From assembly GCA_963843795.1 (NCBI GenBank), contig CAWJLW010000006.1, positions 1,054,001-1,118,000 of the forward strand: a DNA stretch of 64,000 nucleotides, read 5' to 3'. The notes beneath the pieces are model-generated. The model ran no database searches, was not told the origin of the DNA, and saw nothing but the letters and a program-made list of their open reading frames with translations. Position numbers and translations under genes: made by a program. This DNA is from an uncultured bacterium. Lineage in GTDB: Bacteria > Armatimonadota > Abditibacteriia > Abditibacteriales > Abditibacteriaceae. This document shows positions 28,222 through 38,677 of the stretch, in pieces. Positions within the stretch are counted from its first letter, which is position 1, and each line of letters starts with the position of its first letter.

Positions 28222-29373
28222 ATGGCAAATTGTTTTCCCGTGCGCCGTGCGCTCCAAAAGTCGCCACGAAAACCTCTGCAAGTACTTGCAGGCGCTTTTG
28301 CACTTTCTTTCGCGCTTACGAGCACAGTTTCGGTGCGCGCCCAAAACGCCGCGCCAGACATTACAACGAAACAAAATGCCGCGCCTGAAATTACAGACGA
28401 TGCCGAAGCGCGCGCGTGGGAAGAGGCGCGCGTCAGTTTGCAATTGAAACAAGTCCCGCTGTCGCAAATGTTGTGGCTGTTAGGTGCGCAAAGCGCGGTG
28501 CGCTTTCGTTATGCGACTGTGCCCGACATGGAAACCAGCGTCGAACTCAAAGATGCGCTGTTGCGACCGACGTTGCGCGATGTGCTGGCTACGTTAGGTT
28601 TTCGCGTGCAGCCGAGCGCGCTGGGACGCATTCCCTTTACCACGCCAACTTTGTGGGTCGCGCGCGAAAATCGTTTGCCTGCTTTGATGGGCGCCAATAC
28701 GCAAAGTGCCGGTAATAGTGCCAGTAACGCGAGGAAAAGCGCGCAGAACTTGGTCGCTGCGCTGGCTCCCAAACCACAAGTCGCCACACCAACGTGGCAG
28801 ATGTGGACGAAAGTTGATGCGCCAGACATCAATTGGATGCGACCTGCGATGCCTGCGGTGGGCGCGTTTTCCGGAACTGTTGGCCCCAACGGGCAAACTT
28901 TGAAATTCGATAGTAAAAATTCGGCGTCCGAAAAACCGACGCCGGGCGTGCCGGGCCTCGATCCGGTCGGGGTGCGCGTGCAATGGCGCGGAACCGGAGC
29001 GCGCGAAGAAAGTGGCTGGTCAACGCTTGATTTCGCACTCGATGAAACTCCGGCGCGCCCTGGCGTGCAGATGAAACTGCCTGACAGGTTGCAAAGCACT
29101 GATGGCAGCGTGCGCCTGCGCTGGCCATTAGAACTGCGCCGCGTGCCGCCGCGCGTGCAATTGTGGCTCGAAACCGACCGAACCGGGGCATTTTATGTCA
29201 ATGGCGCGCGTATGTTAAGCTGGACGGGCGCGCGTCGCCTTGATCTCAGCAGCGTATTACAAAGTGGAACCAATATTCTGGCCATCGTGTGGAGCGCGCC
29301 AAGTGACAAAAACGCCCCAGAGCAGGCGTCGCCAGTACCGCAATTGCGTTATGAATGGTTGGCTGGCGAATAA
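28222..29373 (+). CDS. Hypothetical exported protein
   Basis: Signal-like N-terminus ending VRA-Q; upstream TATAAT (28192) and GAGG SD; C-terminal YVNG...LQSGTNILAI resembles a jelly-roll. Confidence 0.7.
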   Translation: MANCFPVRRALQKSPRKPLQVLAGAFALSFALTSTVSVRAQNAAPDITTKQNAAPEITDDAEARAWEEARVSLQLKQVPLSQMLWLLGAQSAVRFRYATVPDMETSVELKDALLRPTLRDVLATLGFRVQPSALGRIPFTTPTLWVARENRLPALMGANTQSAGNSASNARKSAQNLVAALAPKPQVATPTWQMWTKVDAPDINWMRPAMPAVGAFSGTVGPNGQTLKFDSKNSASEKPTPGVPGLDPVGVRVQWRGTGAREESGWSTLDFALDETPARPGVQMKLPDRLQSTDGSVRLRWPLELRRVPPRVQLWLETDRTGAFYVNGARMLSWTGARRLDLSSVLQSGTNILAIVWSAPSDKNAPEQASPVPQLRYEWLAGE

Positions 29374-29561
29374 AACTGTGTGGTTTGGGCAACAAAATCG
29401 CAACGCATTTCCTGTCAGGGCGTCATTTTACCCATCGCAGTCGTCTAGAACTGTAGTGAGGAAATATCGCCAACGTGCAGCAAAAGCCAATCGTTCACGC
29501 TTCTCGTTGGCGATTTTGTTGTTAATCTTTAATTGATTTTTTAAGGGTGAGGTGACAATTG

Positions 29562-30314
29562 ATGAACCAAGATATTGGCCCAATGCTTGATGGATGGCCT
29601 TATAATTCTAACGAAGTCACGGTGCGTAAAATTATCGGCGTCGATGGACGTGAAAAAATTCAGATGCGCCTTGATTTGGGTGTTTTGCAAATGGAAACCC
29701 AGGGTCGCCCCGACTCTGAACGCCCGCACGGCTTTGAATCGCTGCTTGAATATCATCTCGACCGCTTGAAGCGTCATCGACGTCAGCACGGTGGCGATGA
29801 CGGTTTCTGGATCGACGAAGAAGAATGCGGCGAAATGAAGCAGGAGGCGATGCAATATTACTATCGCTATCTCAGCTCGTTTCACTTGGGAGATTACGAT
29901 GATGTGATGCGCGACACAGCGCGTAACTTGGTCGCCTTCGATTTTCTGCGTGAACATGCCCAGGAAGAGCACGACCGTATGTCACTGGAACAGTTCCGAC
30001 CTTATGTAATGATGATGCAAACCCGCGCGCGTGCCTGCATTGAAATCGAAGATGGTTCGTTCGATTATGCGCTCGATGTAATAGGTGAAGGCATCGAAAA
30101 CATCGAAGAGTTTTTGCGCGAACACGGGCGCGATGACATGGTCGAACAGTGTCGCGAAATCCATTTTCTGGAAGAATGGCGCGAACGCGTTCAAAGCAAT
30201 CGCCCGCTTTCACCCGAAGAGAAATTGCGCCGCGAACTCGAATCAGCGGTTGAGACCGAAAATTATGAGCGCGCGGCACAGTTGCGCGACGAACTTAAAT
30301 CTATGGTCTTTTAA
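29562..30314 (+). CDS. UvrB/UvrC (UVR) motif-containing protein
   Basis: C-terminal LE.AV..ENYERAAQLRDEL; SD GAGGTGA. Confidence 0.8.
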   Translation: MNQDIGPMLDGWPYNSNEVTVRKIIGVDGREKIQMRLDLGVLQMETQGRPDSERPHGFESLLEYHLDRLKRHRRQHGGDDGFWIDEEECGEMKQEAMQYYYRYLSSFHLGDYDDVMRDTARNLVAFDFLREHAQEEHDRMSLEQFRPYVMMMQTRARACIEIEDGSFDYALDVIGEGIENIEEFLREHGRDDMVEQCREIHFLEEWRERVQSNRPLSPEEKLRRELESAVETENYERAAQLRDELKSMVF

Positions 30315-30331
30315 GAATTAATTCTGCAATA

Positions 30332-30377
30332 CAACAAAAAACGCTTCTGCAAGTACTTGCAGAAGCGTTTTTTGTTG
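30332..30377. terminator. Perfect 46-bp motif-centred palindrome, terminator-like
   Basis: CAACAAAAAACGCTTCTGCAAGTACTTGCAGAAGCGTTTTTTGTTG. Confidence 0.8.
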
Positions 30378-30518
30378 CATTTGTCTTCAATATTTCACCA
30401 TAACTCCAAATTTAGGTAGCGTCCACGTCTTAGAATTCAACAATGACTTGCAACCGAACAAACTGCTACAATTGCTTTATCATTCCAATGGAATTCCCGA
30501 TTTTAAAAGGGGCTTTGT

Positions 30519-33059
30519 ATGTCATTTCGCTTCAAAAGTCGCGCTTCTATCGCATTGATTCTGCTGAGATTGACCGTAATTGCATTACTTCTTTGCGCTG
30601 TGTTCAAATTTGCCGCGCACACTGATGTGGCGCGCGCCGATGATGCTGCGCTACGCACTGAAGCCGAATCCGCTGTGCGAACGGCGCAAACTCCGGTGGA
30701 AAAAATTAACGCGCTGGTTATGCGCGCGAACTTACCGAGCAAATTGGAAGACGCGACAACGGAAGATTGGAAAGCCGCCGCTGTGGATATGGACGAAGCT
30801 TTGCGCATCGTCGCGGAAGTCGAAAAAGATGGCCAGACCAAAATTAGCCAGCAATCGACGCTGTATTTCCGGCGCGCTTTTGTGCGCGCGCATCTGAAAG
30901 AATACGCGGCGGCGATTGCCGATTATGACAGCGCCGAAAAAGCGGGCTACGCTGCCGATTTCGCCAATACCCAAGCCAAAGGTTCTACTTTGTGGAACAA
31001 CCGGGCGCAGGCCAAAGTTCATCTGGACGATTACGCGGGTGCTGTGGCCGATTACGATCGCGCCATTGAACTTCAAGATACGTGGCTGTATCGAAAAAAT
31101 CGTGCGTTGTATCGGTTTGAACTTGGCGATTATGACGGCGCGATGAGCGATTGGAAAGTTGCGCTGGAAGCGCATCCGCCAGTGGGAAAAGCACCGTTCA
31201 ATCCCGCGCTGGCTCCGCTAAATAAAGCGGTTGCCGAACAGCCTCAAAGCGCCGCTCCACTGATTGAGCGCGCGCGGTTCTTAGTCAAACTGGCGCGCGC
31301 GCAGGCCGTGCGCGACAAGAACTTTTCGGAAAACATCTTTTTCGTGGCCTATGAACCGGTCGCGCAAGATGAAGATGACGAAGAAGAGACAGGCCCAACG
31401 GTTGAAGAATTGATGAATTCGGCGCTAAGTGACCTTGATCGTGCAATAAAAATCGAACCTGATTTGGCATTAGCGTGGCTAGAACGCGGACGCACGCGCG
31501 CCCTGGCGATGGAATGGAAACTCACGCAAAATGGTCTGAAATTTCAGGATGCTCAGGTTGTGGACGATTTCAATCGCGCGACCGAAGTCGATTCGAAAAG
31601 TGCCATTGCTTGGTATGAATTGGGCAAGAAACGTTTGAAAATCGTCAAGGCTGACGAACTGCCGACGCTTGGCCAAAGCGAAGCCGAATGGAACCTACAA
31701 AAAGTCGAAAAGTTGCAAATGGCCATCGCCAACTTGAGTCGCGCGATTTATCTGTCGCCTACGAAAGCGGGCTGGGCGCACTATCTGCGCGCTTATGCCG
31801 AGCGCATGAAACCCGCGCCCGATCGTTATGCGGTTCTGATCGATTATGGCGCGGCTATTGAGCAAAAATTGAATTTTTTGGACGGCGATCCAGAAAGCAG
31901 TACAACCGATTCGATAGCTTTGGCCGAAGCCCACCAAATACGCGGCTTGATTCTCAACGATCAAGGACAATGGACGGCAGCGCTGACGGAATTTGACGCG
32001 GCCATCGCGCTCAATGATAAAGACTTTCAGTCGCGTTTTGAACGTGCCAAAATTCGACTGCAACGCGGCGAATACGATGCGGCAATCGCGGATTTTGATG
32101 TCATCACTAAAGCTCGCCCCAATTACGCCGAAGCGTGGCTGATTCGCGCGGGCGCTTATGACGCCAAAGGCGAAATTGAAAAAGCCAAATCCGATCTGAA
32201 AGAAGCGTTCCGGCTCGATGCGACGCTAAGCGAACGCGTGGCCGGTTCGCGTTACGACATAAAAAATCCCAAAGCCGATGTCGGTTTGGCGCCCGCGCCG
32301 ATCAAAGGCGATCCGCAAGTACTTCAGGGAACTGCGCTGGAACACAAAAATGCGGGCAATGTGCTAAACGCGAAGGGCGACAAAGATGGCGCGCTCGCTG
32401 AATACAGCGTGGCGCTGCGCATCGACCCGAAATTTGCCGACGCTTATAGCAATCGCGCCGGTGTTTACAATGAGCGCGGCGAATACGATCTGGCGCTGGA
32501 CGATTACAATTCTGCGATCCAGTTCGATCCCAAACATCGCGCGGCTTTTCTCAATCGCGCGCTCACTTGGCGCAATCTGGGCGAAGACACTAAAGAACGC
32601 GCCGATTTTGATCGCGCTATCGAATACGCCGACAACGAAACTATACGCGCCGCTGCCTACAACGGACGCTCTGTCACGCGCGAGAACGCTGGCGACGCTG
32701 CGGGCGCGCTTGACGATGCTAAACGCGCCACGACTTTAGCACCCAAAGATACTGGCTTTTGGAGTCATTTGGGCGAGTTGCAGCTCAATAGCGGTGAAGT
32801 CACTTCGTCCATCAACAGTTATCGGCAGGCGTTGCAAATCGAACCCGATTATTTGCTGGCACGCGCCAATCTCGCCCTTGCTCTGGCACAGGCCAATGAT
32901 GCGAGCGCCACGGCCGAACTCGATAAAGTGCTGGCCAAATCGACGCCCGAACAAGTAGCTGCCATTCTTCGCGTCGTCGAACACGCCTTGAAAAAAATGC
33001 CACAATCGGCCACGCTACAAAGCTTGCAACGGCACACCATTCAAGCCGGAAAAAAATAA
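30519..33059 (+). CDS. Exported tetratricopeptide-repeat protein
   Basis: Many AY.NR...GEYD.A..DY..AI..DP units; hydrophobic N-terminus. Confidence 0.9.
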   Translation: MSFRFKSRASIALILLRLTVIALLLCAVFKFAAHTDVARADDAALRTEAESAVRTAQTPVEKINALVMRANLPSKLEDATTEDWKAAAVDMDEALRIVAEVEKDGQTKISQQSTLYFRRAFVRAHLKEYAAAIADYDSAEKAGYAADFANTQAKGSTLWNNRAQAKVHLDDYAGAVADYDRAIELQDTWLYRKNRALYRFELGDYDGAMSDWKVALEAHPPVGKAPFNPALAPLNKAVAEQPQSAAPLIERARFLVKLARAQAVRDKNFSENIFFVAYEPVAQDEDDEEETGPTVEELMNSALSDLDRAIKIEPDLALAWLERGRTRALAMEWKLTQNGLKFQDAQVVDDFNRATEVDSKSAIAWYELGKKRLKIVKADELPTLGQSEAEWNLQKVEKLQMAIANLSRAIYLSPTKAGWAHYLRAYAERMKPAPDRYAVLIDYGAAIEQKLNFLDGDPESSTTDSIALAEAHQIRGLILNDQGQWTAALTEFDAAIALNDKDFQSRFERAKIRLQRGEYDAAIADFDVITKARPNYAEAWLIRAGAYDAKGEIEKAKSDLKEAFRLDATLSERVAGSRYDIKNPKADVGLAPAPIKGDPQVLQGTALEHKNAGNVLNAKGDKDGALAEYSVALRIDPKFADAYSNRAGVYNERGEYDLALDDYNSAIQFDPKHRAAFLNRALTWRNLGEDTKERADFDRAIEYADNETIRAAAYNGRSVTRENAGDAAGALDDAKRATTLAPKDTGFWSHLGELQLNSGEVTSSINSYRQALQIEPDYLLARANLALALAQANDASATAELDKVLAKSTPEQVAAILRVVEHALKKMPQSATLQSLQRHTIQAGKK

Positions 33060-33131
33060 AGCCAGATTTGCGCTTTTGACACTGCAAGTACTTGCAGCGG
33101 TCTATGGAGTCGGGTGCGAAAAATAGTAACT

Positions 33132-36100
33132 ATGCAACTACGATTCAAAAAATTATTCTGCCGAAATCTCGTTTGTTCGACCGTCGCTTTGGGTTGCGCT
33201 GCAACCTCGCAAGCTCAAAACCCTGCCATGCCAGCCGCATCGCATCCGCCAATTCCTATCGAATTTAATCTGCAAGAAGCCGGTTTCGTCACGCTCGTCA
33301 TCGAAGACGCGCAGGGCCATCGCGTGCGCAATTTGGTTTCCGAAACGCCGTTCGTCAAAGGCCAAAACACGGCGTGGTGGGACGGTTTGGACGACATCGG
33401 GCGCGACCCGCGCGCCTATGATCGTGGCGTATATTCGATTCCGGGCAAAATCGTCGCGCCCGGACAGTATCGAGTGCGCGGTTTGTGGCGTCCCGAACTG
33501 AAATTGCGTTATCAGCTCACACCTTACAATCAGGCCAAATTGCCTTGGCGAACGGCGGATAGCAGCAGCGGTTGGCTTACCAATCACACTCCGCCGCGCG
33601 CGATCTTATTTGTGCCGCCAAAAACCGCGCCCACGCGCGATAAGCAGCCGACTTCCGATGGTGCGCAAATTCTGGTCGGTTCATCGGTTTCCGAGGGTGG
33701 TTCGGGGCTGGCGTGGTTGGATGCCAACGGGAATAAATTGCATGGTCAAGAATGGCTGGGCGGCGTATGGACGGGCGTGCAATATCTGGCGCGCAATGCT
33801 GGCCCGAACGCGAGTCAGGGCGTTTATGCTTATAGCGTTCATGCCTGGGACGACGAATTGCGTTTGCAAGAGCTGCTTAATAAGCCCGGAGCGGCGGCGC
33901 GCGACACGCGCATGGGCGCGGGTGATGATGTGCCGGTTTTGTCGCCGACGTGGAAGTTTCCACCCGGCACCAAGCTCAACGATCACACCGACGAACGCGG
34001 CGTAGGCGGGCTGGCAGCTTTCAATGGCCTCATCGCGGTTTCTCTTCCCATCACAAACCAAATTTTGTTCGTCGATGGCAAGCAACATCGCGCGATTGGC
34101 ACCGTGCCTTTCCGCAATCCGGGTGCGCTCGCATTCGATAATCAAGGCCGCTTGCTCTTATTCTCTGGCAAACGACTGCTGCGCTATACGTTGCCAGCCG
34201 ATTTGAAAACCTTTGTCGAACCCAGTGCCTTGCCCGAAGGTGAAGCGTTGTCGAAAGCGAATTGGAAAGCCACAGCCGATAAGAATTCTGAAACAGCGCA
34301 GGCAGCGATTGATCGTAGCGATGCAACGCGTTACGAATCGCGCGAATCGCAACATCCGGGCGATAGCCTGATGATTGACATGGGCGCGCCACAGCGTTTC
34401 ACCAGTGTGCAAATTTTCACGCCTTGGCCGCCCGACTGGACGCGCGCCTTTGAAATTTATGCCTCGAATGATGGGGAAAATTGGGGTGTACCGCTTGCCA
34501 AAGGCAAAGGCCAACCCGACCATTTGACAATTCCTGTGCCGCCAACAACGGCCCGTTATTTCAAGATCGTGCAAACCGGCAACGCCAACAATTGGTGGGC
34601 GATCAACGAAATTACACTTTTCAATGATGAACCTTTTGATGGGCCAGTGGCAGCGCCTAAGCCTTTGCCCGCGCCGCGAATTCTCATCGCCAGCGGTCTG
34701 GATGAGCCGCAGAACATCGAAATTTCGCAGAACGGCAATTTGTATATCGCCGATTGGGGACAACATCATAACGTGCGGGTATTTGATGCCAATGGCAAGT
34801 ACTTGCGTAGCATCGGTAAGCCGGGCGTGCCGCGCGCGGGCACTTATGACCCGACCAAAATGCACCATCCAACCGGCGTGACGCTGGACGACAAAAATCA
34901 GTTGTGGGTCGCCGAAGAAGATTTTCAGCCCAAGCGCGTTTCGATTTGGAACGCGAACAACGGACAATTTGTCAAAGCGTTTTACGGGCCGCAGCGTTAC
35001 GGCGGCGGCGGCGAACTCGATACCAAGGATAAAAATCTTTACTACTACGATGGGATGAAATTCGCGCTGGATTACCAAAAACAAACCAGCCATCCGGTTT
35101 CGATTTTCTACCGGCCCGCGCCCGGCGAAGTGACTATCGGCGGCGATTCGGTGAACGCATTTATGCCGCAAACGCCGCTTTATTTCGGCGGCCAGCAATT
35201 CTTCACCAACGCTTACAATTCCAATCCGACCAACGGCACGAGCATTAGCGGAATCTGGCAGATGATGCCCGATGGCGTTGCGCGACCGGTCGCCGTGATG
35301 GGACAGGCCAACGATTACGCATTATTCCGCGATTTGGGCGAACAAAAACAAAACTTGTCGGTGCGTTGGACGGGCGTTGTGAGCGCGCCGCAAAGTGGCG
35401 ATTATACCTTTACCACGCTGTCCGATGACGGAGTGCGATTATCAATCGGCTCAAAGCTGGTTATTGATAATTGGACGCCGCACGGCACAACTGAAGATAA
35501 AGCGACCATTCATCTCAACGCCGGCCAAAGTGTGCCCATAAAATTGGAATATTTTCAGGGTGGTGGCGGTGGAACAATTCATTTGTATTGGCAAATCGCA
35601 GGTGGCGAACGCACTGTCGTACCCACAACGGCGCTACGCGCTTCAGCCAATGCGCAGGGGCAAGGATTGCGTGGCGAATATTTTTCCGGTATCAATTTCG
35701 ACAAACCGCGTGCGACACGAATTGATGCGACTATTGACTTTAACGATCCGGCATTGCCGCCGGTCGCGGGCAAAGCCGAATTTGCCGCGCGCTTGCCACA
35801 AGGTGCAAATCCGGGCGCGGATGCCAATGAAAACTCGGTATTTTTCTGCTGGCAAGACTTGAATTCAGACCGGAAAATGCAAGGCGAAGAAGTCACTTTT
35901 CAGAAACTCCAGAGTGGGCGTATTGAAGGCGTTACCGTGATGGGCGACGGCGCGTTTATCGTTTTTAACCACAACCAAAAAACTGTGCGTTTCGCGCCCA
36001 AGCTTGATAAAAGCGGCGTGCCACGTTATGACATCCGTGTGCCGCAAGTACTTGCCACGGGCGTGCAGCATCCGACAACGACCGGTGGTGGTCAGGCGTT

Positions 36101-37373
36101 GGCAGGGCAAAATGGCTGGACAGTGGTTTATCCTTCGCCGCAGCCATTCGCGCCCTATGGAGTGGCGGGTGTGAAAAATGGCCAAGCGATGTGGAGTTAC
36201 CCCAGTTTGTGGCCCGGTTTGCACGCATCGCACAACTCGCCCAAGCCGCAATTCGCGGGCGAAATGATTGGCACGACACGAATGCTTGGCACGCCGTTCA
36301 CTCCCAACTCACAAGTTGGGCCGCTGTTTGCCTTGAACGGAAATATGGGCGAATTTTACGTGATGACGACTGATGGCTTGTTTGTCGCCACGCTGTTCAA
36401 AGATATTCGTTTGGCCTCGACATGGAATTTCCCCGCTGCAACCAAAGAACTCGAAGTTGGCGGCACGAGTTTGCATGACGAATCGTTTTGGCCTTTCATC
36501 ACGCAGACGCCCGATGGCACTTTCGCTTCAGTCAACGGTTCAATCGTGCGCGTCGATGGCTTGGATCAAATGCGCCGCTTACCTACGCAAATGTTAGAAA
36601 TTAACGCGCCAATGTTAGTGCAAGCACAAAACTATTTTGTGGCACGCGAAGCCGAACGCCAAGAGCGCGACGCGGCGCAGCAAAAGCCGCTGAAGGTTGC
36701 AATTGTTCAAACTGCGCCGGTTGTCGATGGAAAATTGGACGATTGGGCCAATGCGCAATGGGCGACCGTCGATACCAAATGGGTCGGCGGGCTGGGCGGT
36801 TGGGGCAATGAGCAAAACAGCATCGAAGCCGCCTTGAAAATCAGTGGCGAGCGTTTGTATGCGGCATTTAAAACCGATGATGCGAACTTGCTTCAAAACA
36901 AGCCAGATAATCTCAATACGCTGTTCAAAAGCGGCGGCGCATTGGATTTAATGTTGAACAATGTCAAAGGCGGACAGCGTTTGTTAATTTCGCGTGTCGG
37001 CGAGAAAATCGCGGCGGTTTTGTATCGTCCGCGCGATGAGAAAGCCGCTGGCGAGCCGGTAAAATTCATTTCCAGCATCGGCACTACGCGAACGGTCACG
37101 ATGGCAAGTGTGCGCGATGTGAGCGAACAAACGGTTCTCGCGCAAGATGGAAATAATTACGAACTGAGCGTACCTTTAAGTTTGCTGGAGTGGACGCCAC
37201 AAGTCGGGCAGAGCATCAAAGGCGACATCGGTGTTTTGCGCGGCAACGGTTTTCAAACTACGCAGCGCGCCTATTGGCACAACAAATCGACCGGCCTAAC
37301 CGCCGATTTGGCCAGCGAAGCCGAACTAACACCGCAATTGTGGGGTGAATGGGCGTTGGAAACCGAAAAGTAA
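33132..37373 (+). CDS. Large secreted multidomain protein (FlgD-like Ig, NHL-like propeller, F5/8-type, PA14, CBM9-like)
   Basis: Signal peptide; GFVTLVIED..G.RVRNL...WDGLDD; WKATA...IDMG...S.DG.NW...ARYFKI; SVRWTG...SDDGVRL; PVVDGKLDDW. Confidence 0.8.
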   Translation: MQLRFKKLFCRNLVCSTVALGCAATSQAQNPAMPAASHPPIPIEFNLQEAGFVTLVIEDAQGHRVRNLVSETPFVKGQNTAWWDGLDDIGRDPRAYDRGVYSIPGKIVAPGQYRVRGLWRPELKLRYQLTPYNQAKLPWRTADSSSGWLTNHTPPRAILFVPPKTAPTRDKQPTSDGAQILVGSSVSEGGSGLAWLDANGNKLHGQEWLGGVWTGVQYLARNAGPNASQGVYAYSVHAWDDELRLQELLNKPGAAARDTRMGAGDDVPVLSPTWKFPPGTKLNDHTDERGVGGLAAFNGLIAVSLPITNQILFVDGKQHRAIGTVPFRNPGALAFDNQGRLLLFSGKRLLRYTLPADLKTFVEPSALPEGEALSKANWKATADKNSETAQAAIDRSDATRYESRESQHPGDSLMIDMGAPQRFTSVQIFTPWPPDWTRAFEIYASNDGENWGVPLAKGKGQPDHLTIPVPPTTARYFKIVQTGNANNWWAINEITLFNDEPFDGPVAAPKPLPAPRILIASGLDEPQNIEISQNGNLYIADWGQHHNVRVFDANGKYLRSIGKPGVPRAGTYDPTKMHHPTGVTLDDKNQLWVAEEDFQPKRVSIWNANNGQFVKAFYGPQRYGGGGELDTKDKNLYYYDGMKFALDYQKQTSHPVSIFYRPAPGEVTIGGDSVNAFMPQTPLYFGGQQFFTNAYNSNPTNGTSISGIWQMMPDGVARPVAVMGQANDYALFRDLGEQKQNLSVRWTGVVSAPQSGDYTFTTLSDDGVRLSIGSKLVIDNWTPHGTTEDKATIHLNAGQSVPIKLEYFQGGGGGTIHLYWQIAGGERTVVPTTALRASANAQGQGLRGEYFSGINFDKPRATRIDATIDFNDPALPPVAGKAEFAARLPQGANPGADANENSVFFCWQDLNSDRKMQGEEVTFQKLQSGRIEGVTVMGDGAFIVFNHNQKTVRFAPKLDKSGVPRYDIRVPQVLATGVQHPTTTGGGQALAGQNGWTVVYPSPQPFAPYGVAGVKNGQAMWSYPSLWPGLHASHNSPKPQFAGEMIGTTRMLGTPFTPNSQVGPLFALNGNMGEFYVMTTDGLFVATLFKDIRLASTWNFPAATKELEVGGTSLHDESFWPFITQTPDGTFASVNGSIVRVDGLDQMRRLPTQMLEINAPMLVQAQNYFVAREAERQERDAAQQKPLKVAIVQTAPVVDGKLDDWANAQWATVDTKWVGGLGGWGNEQNSIEAALKISGERLYAAFKTDDANLLQNKPDNLNTLFKSGGALDLMLNNVKGGQRLLISRVGEKIAAVLYRPRDEKAAGEPVKFISSIGTTRTVTMASVRDVSEQTVLAQDGNNYELSVPLSLLEWTPQVGQSIKGDIGVLRGNGFQTTQRAYWHNKSTGLTADLASEAELTPQLWGEWALETEK

Positions 37374-37390
37374 CAAATTGCCTTTCGAGG

Positions 37391-37422
37391 AAAAGCTGCT
37401 GCAAGTACTTGCAGCAGCTTTT
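37391..37422. terminator. Perfect 32-bp motif-centred palindrome, terminator-like
   Basis: AAAAGCTGCTGCAAGTACTTGCAGCAGCTTTT. Confidence 0.8.
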
Positions 37423-37504
37423 TTCGCTTCAATTACGTGCCGGAGAGTATTCGTTAAAATTAAGCTGTTTGCGCAGCCAATGCACGTATTTAACCCCACT
37501 TTTT

Positions 37505-38626
37505 ATGACGATTCTGAAGCCGAGGTTGCTGACCGTTTTTCGCGAATTCATCAGCGGCAAAGTCAATCGTCGCTGGCCGCGCCGTCGCGTGCGTCGCGGT
37601 GACCGCAATCGGCCTCTGGTGGCTGCCGACCGCGTGGCCGAAGCCGCTATTCAGCGCGCGCGTGTCTCGTTTTTTCTGGCCGGAATCGTGCTGATTTATG
37701 GCACCATTGGCTACATTCTCATCGAGAAATTGAGCTTGTTGGATGCCTTTTATCAAACTGTTATCACCATTTTTGGCATCGGTTTCAGCGAAATCGGCCA
37801 CACCTTCAGTCCTCAGGGTCGCTTATTCACGATTTCTTTAGTGATGGGCGGCACGGGCGTGGCGTTGTATGCTTTGGCTTCGGGCATCGAACTGCTAATT
37901 TCGGAACAATTTTCTCACTGGAGGCAAAGGCGCAAAATGCAATATCAAATCGACGACATGAAAGCTCATTTCATCGTTTGTGGTTATGGCCGCATCGGGC
38001 GCCAGCTCGCTGCCGATTTTCTCGATAGCGGCGTGCAATTTGTCGTCATCGATGCCGATCCCAAACGCTGCGAGCAACTTTTGGAAGATAATGTTCCCCA
38101 CATCGAAGGCGACGCGACGTTAGACGAAACGTTGTTTGAAGCTGGCATCGACCGCGCGCGCGGGCTTCTAAGCGTTTTAAATTCCGACGCCAGCAACGTG
38201 ATGACGGTCGTTTCTGCACGCGGACTGAATCCGAAATTGCTAATTATCGCGCGCGCCGCAGTGCCCGAAGCCGAGAAAAAATTGTATCGCGCCGGTGCTG
38301 ATGATGTGATTTCGCCGTATGTTGTGGGCGCTCGCCGGATGTCTCTGACTTTGTTACGTCCCGCAGTAGCGAGTTTTTTGAACGCGGTTTTATACGACCG
38401 CGAATTGCAAGCCGAAATTAACGAAATTCCAATTGATGAAAAATCACAGTGGAGCGGTCAAACCTTAAATGAAGCCGGACTCGCCCACGACGACGATATC
38501 GTGCCCCTGGCGATTTTACGCGATGGACGTTTGATGTTTTCGCCACTTGCAACTACAGTTTTAGAACTTGGTGACGTGCTGATTATCGTCACGCCGACCG
38601 CGAGTTTCAAACTCGCGCAGCGTTAA
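37505..38626 (+). CDS. Two-TM ion channel with RCK (TrkA-N/C) domain
   Basis: DAFYQTVITIFGIGF pore region, HFIVCGYGRIG, GDAT, AGADDVISP; start uncertain. Confidence 0.88.
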   Translation: MTILKPRLLTVFREFISGKVNRRWPRRRVRRGDRNRPLVAADRVAEAAIQRARVSFFLAGIVLIYGTIGYILIEKLSLLDAFYQTVITIFGIGFSEIGHTFSPQGRLFTISLVMGGTGVALYALASGIELLISEQFSHWRQRRKMQYQIDDMKAHFIVCGYGRIGRQLAADFLDSGVQFVVIDADPKRCEQLLEDNVPHIEGDATLDETLFEAGIDRARGLLSVLNSDASNVMTVVSARGLNPKLLIIARAAVPEAEKKLYRAGADDVISPYVVGARRMSLTLLRPAVASFLNAVLYDRELQAEINEIPIDEKSQWSGQTLNEAGLAHDDDIVPLAILRDGRLMFSPLATTVLELGDVLIIVTPTASFKLAQR

Positions 38627-38677
38627 TACACGCTGCAAGTACCTGCAACACAAAATTACAAATTGACAGGAGAACTT

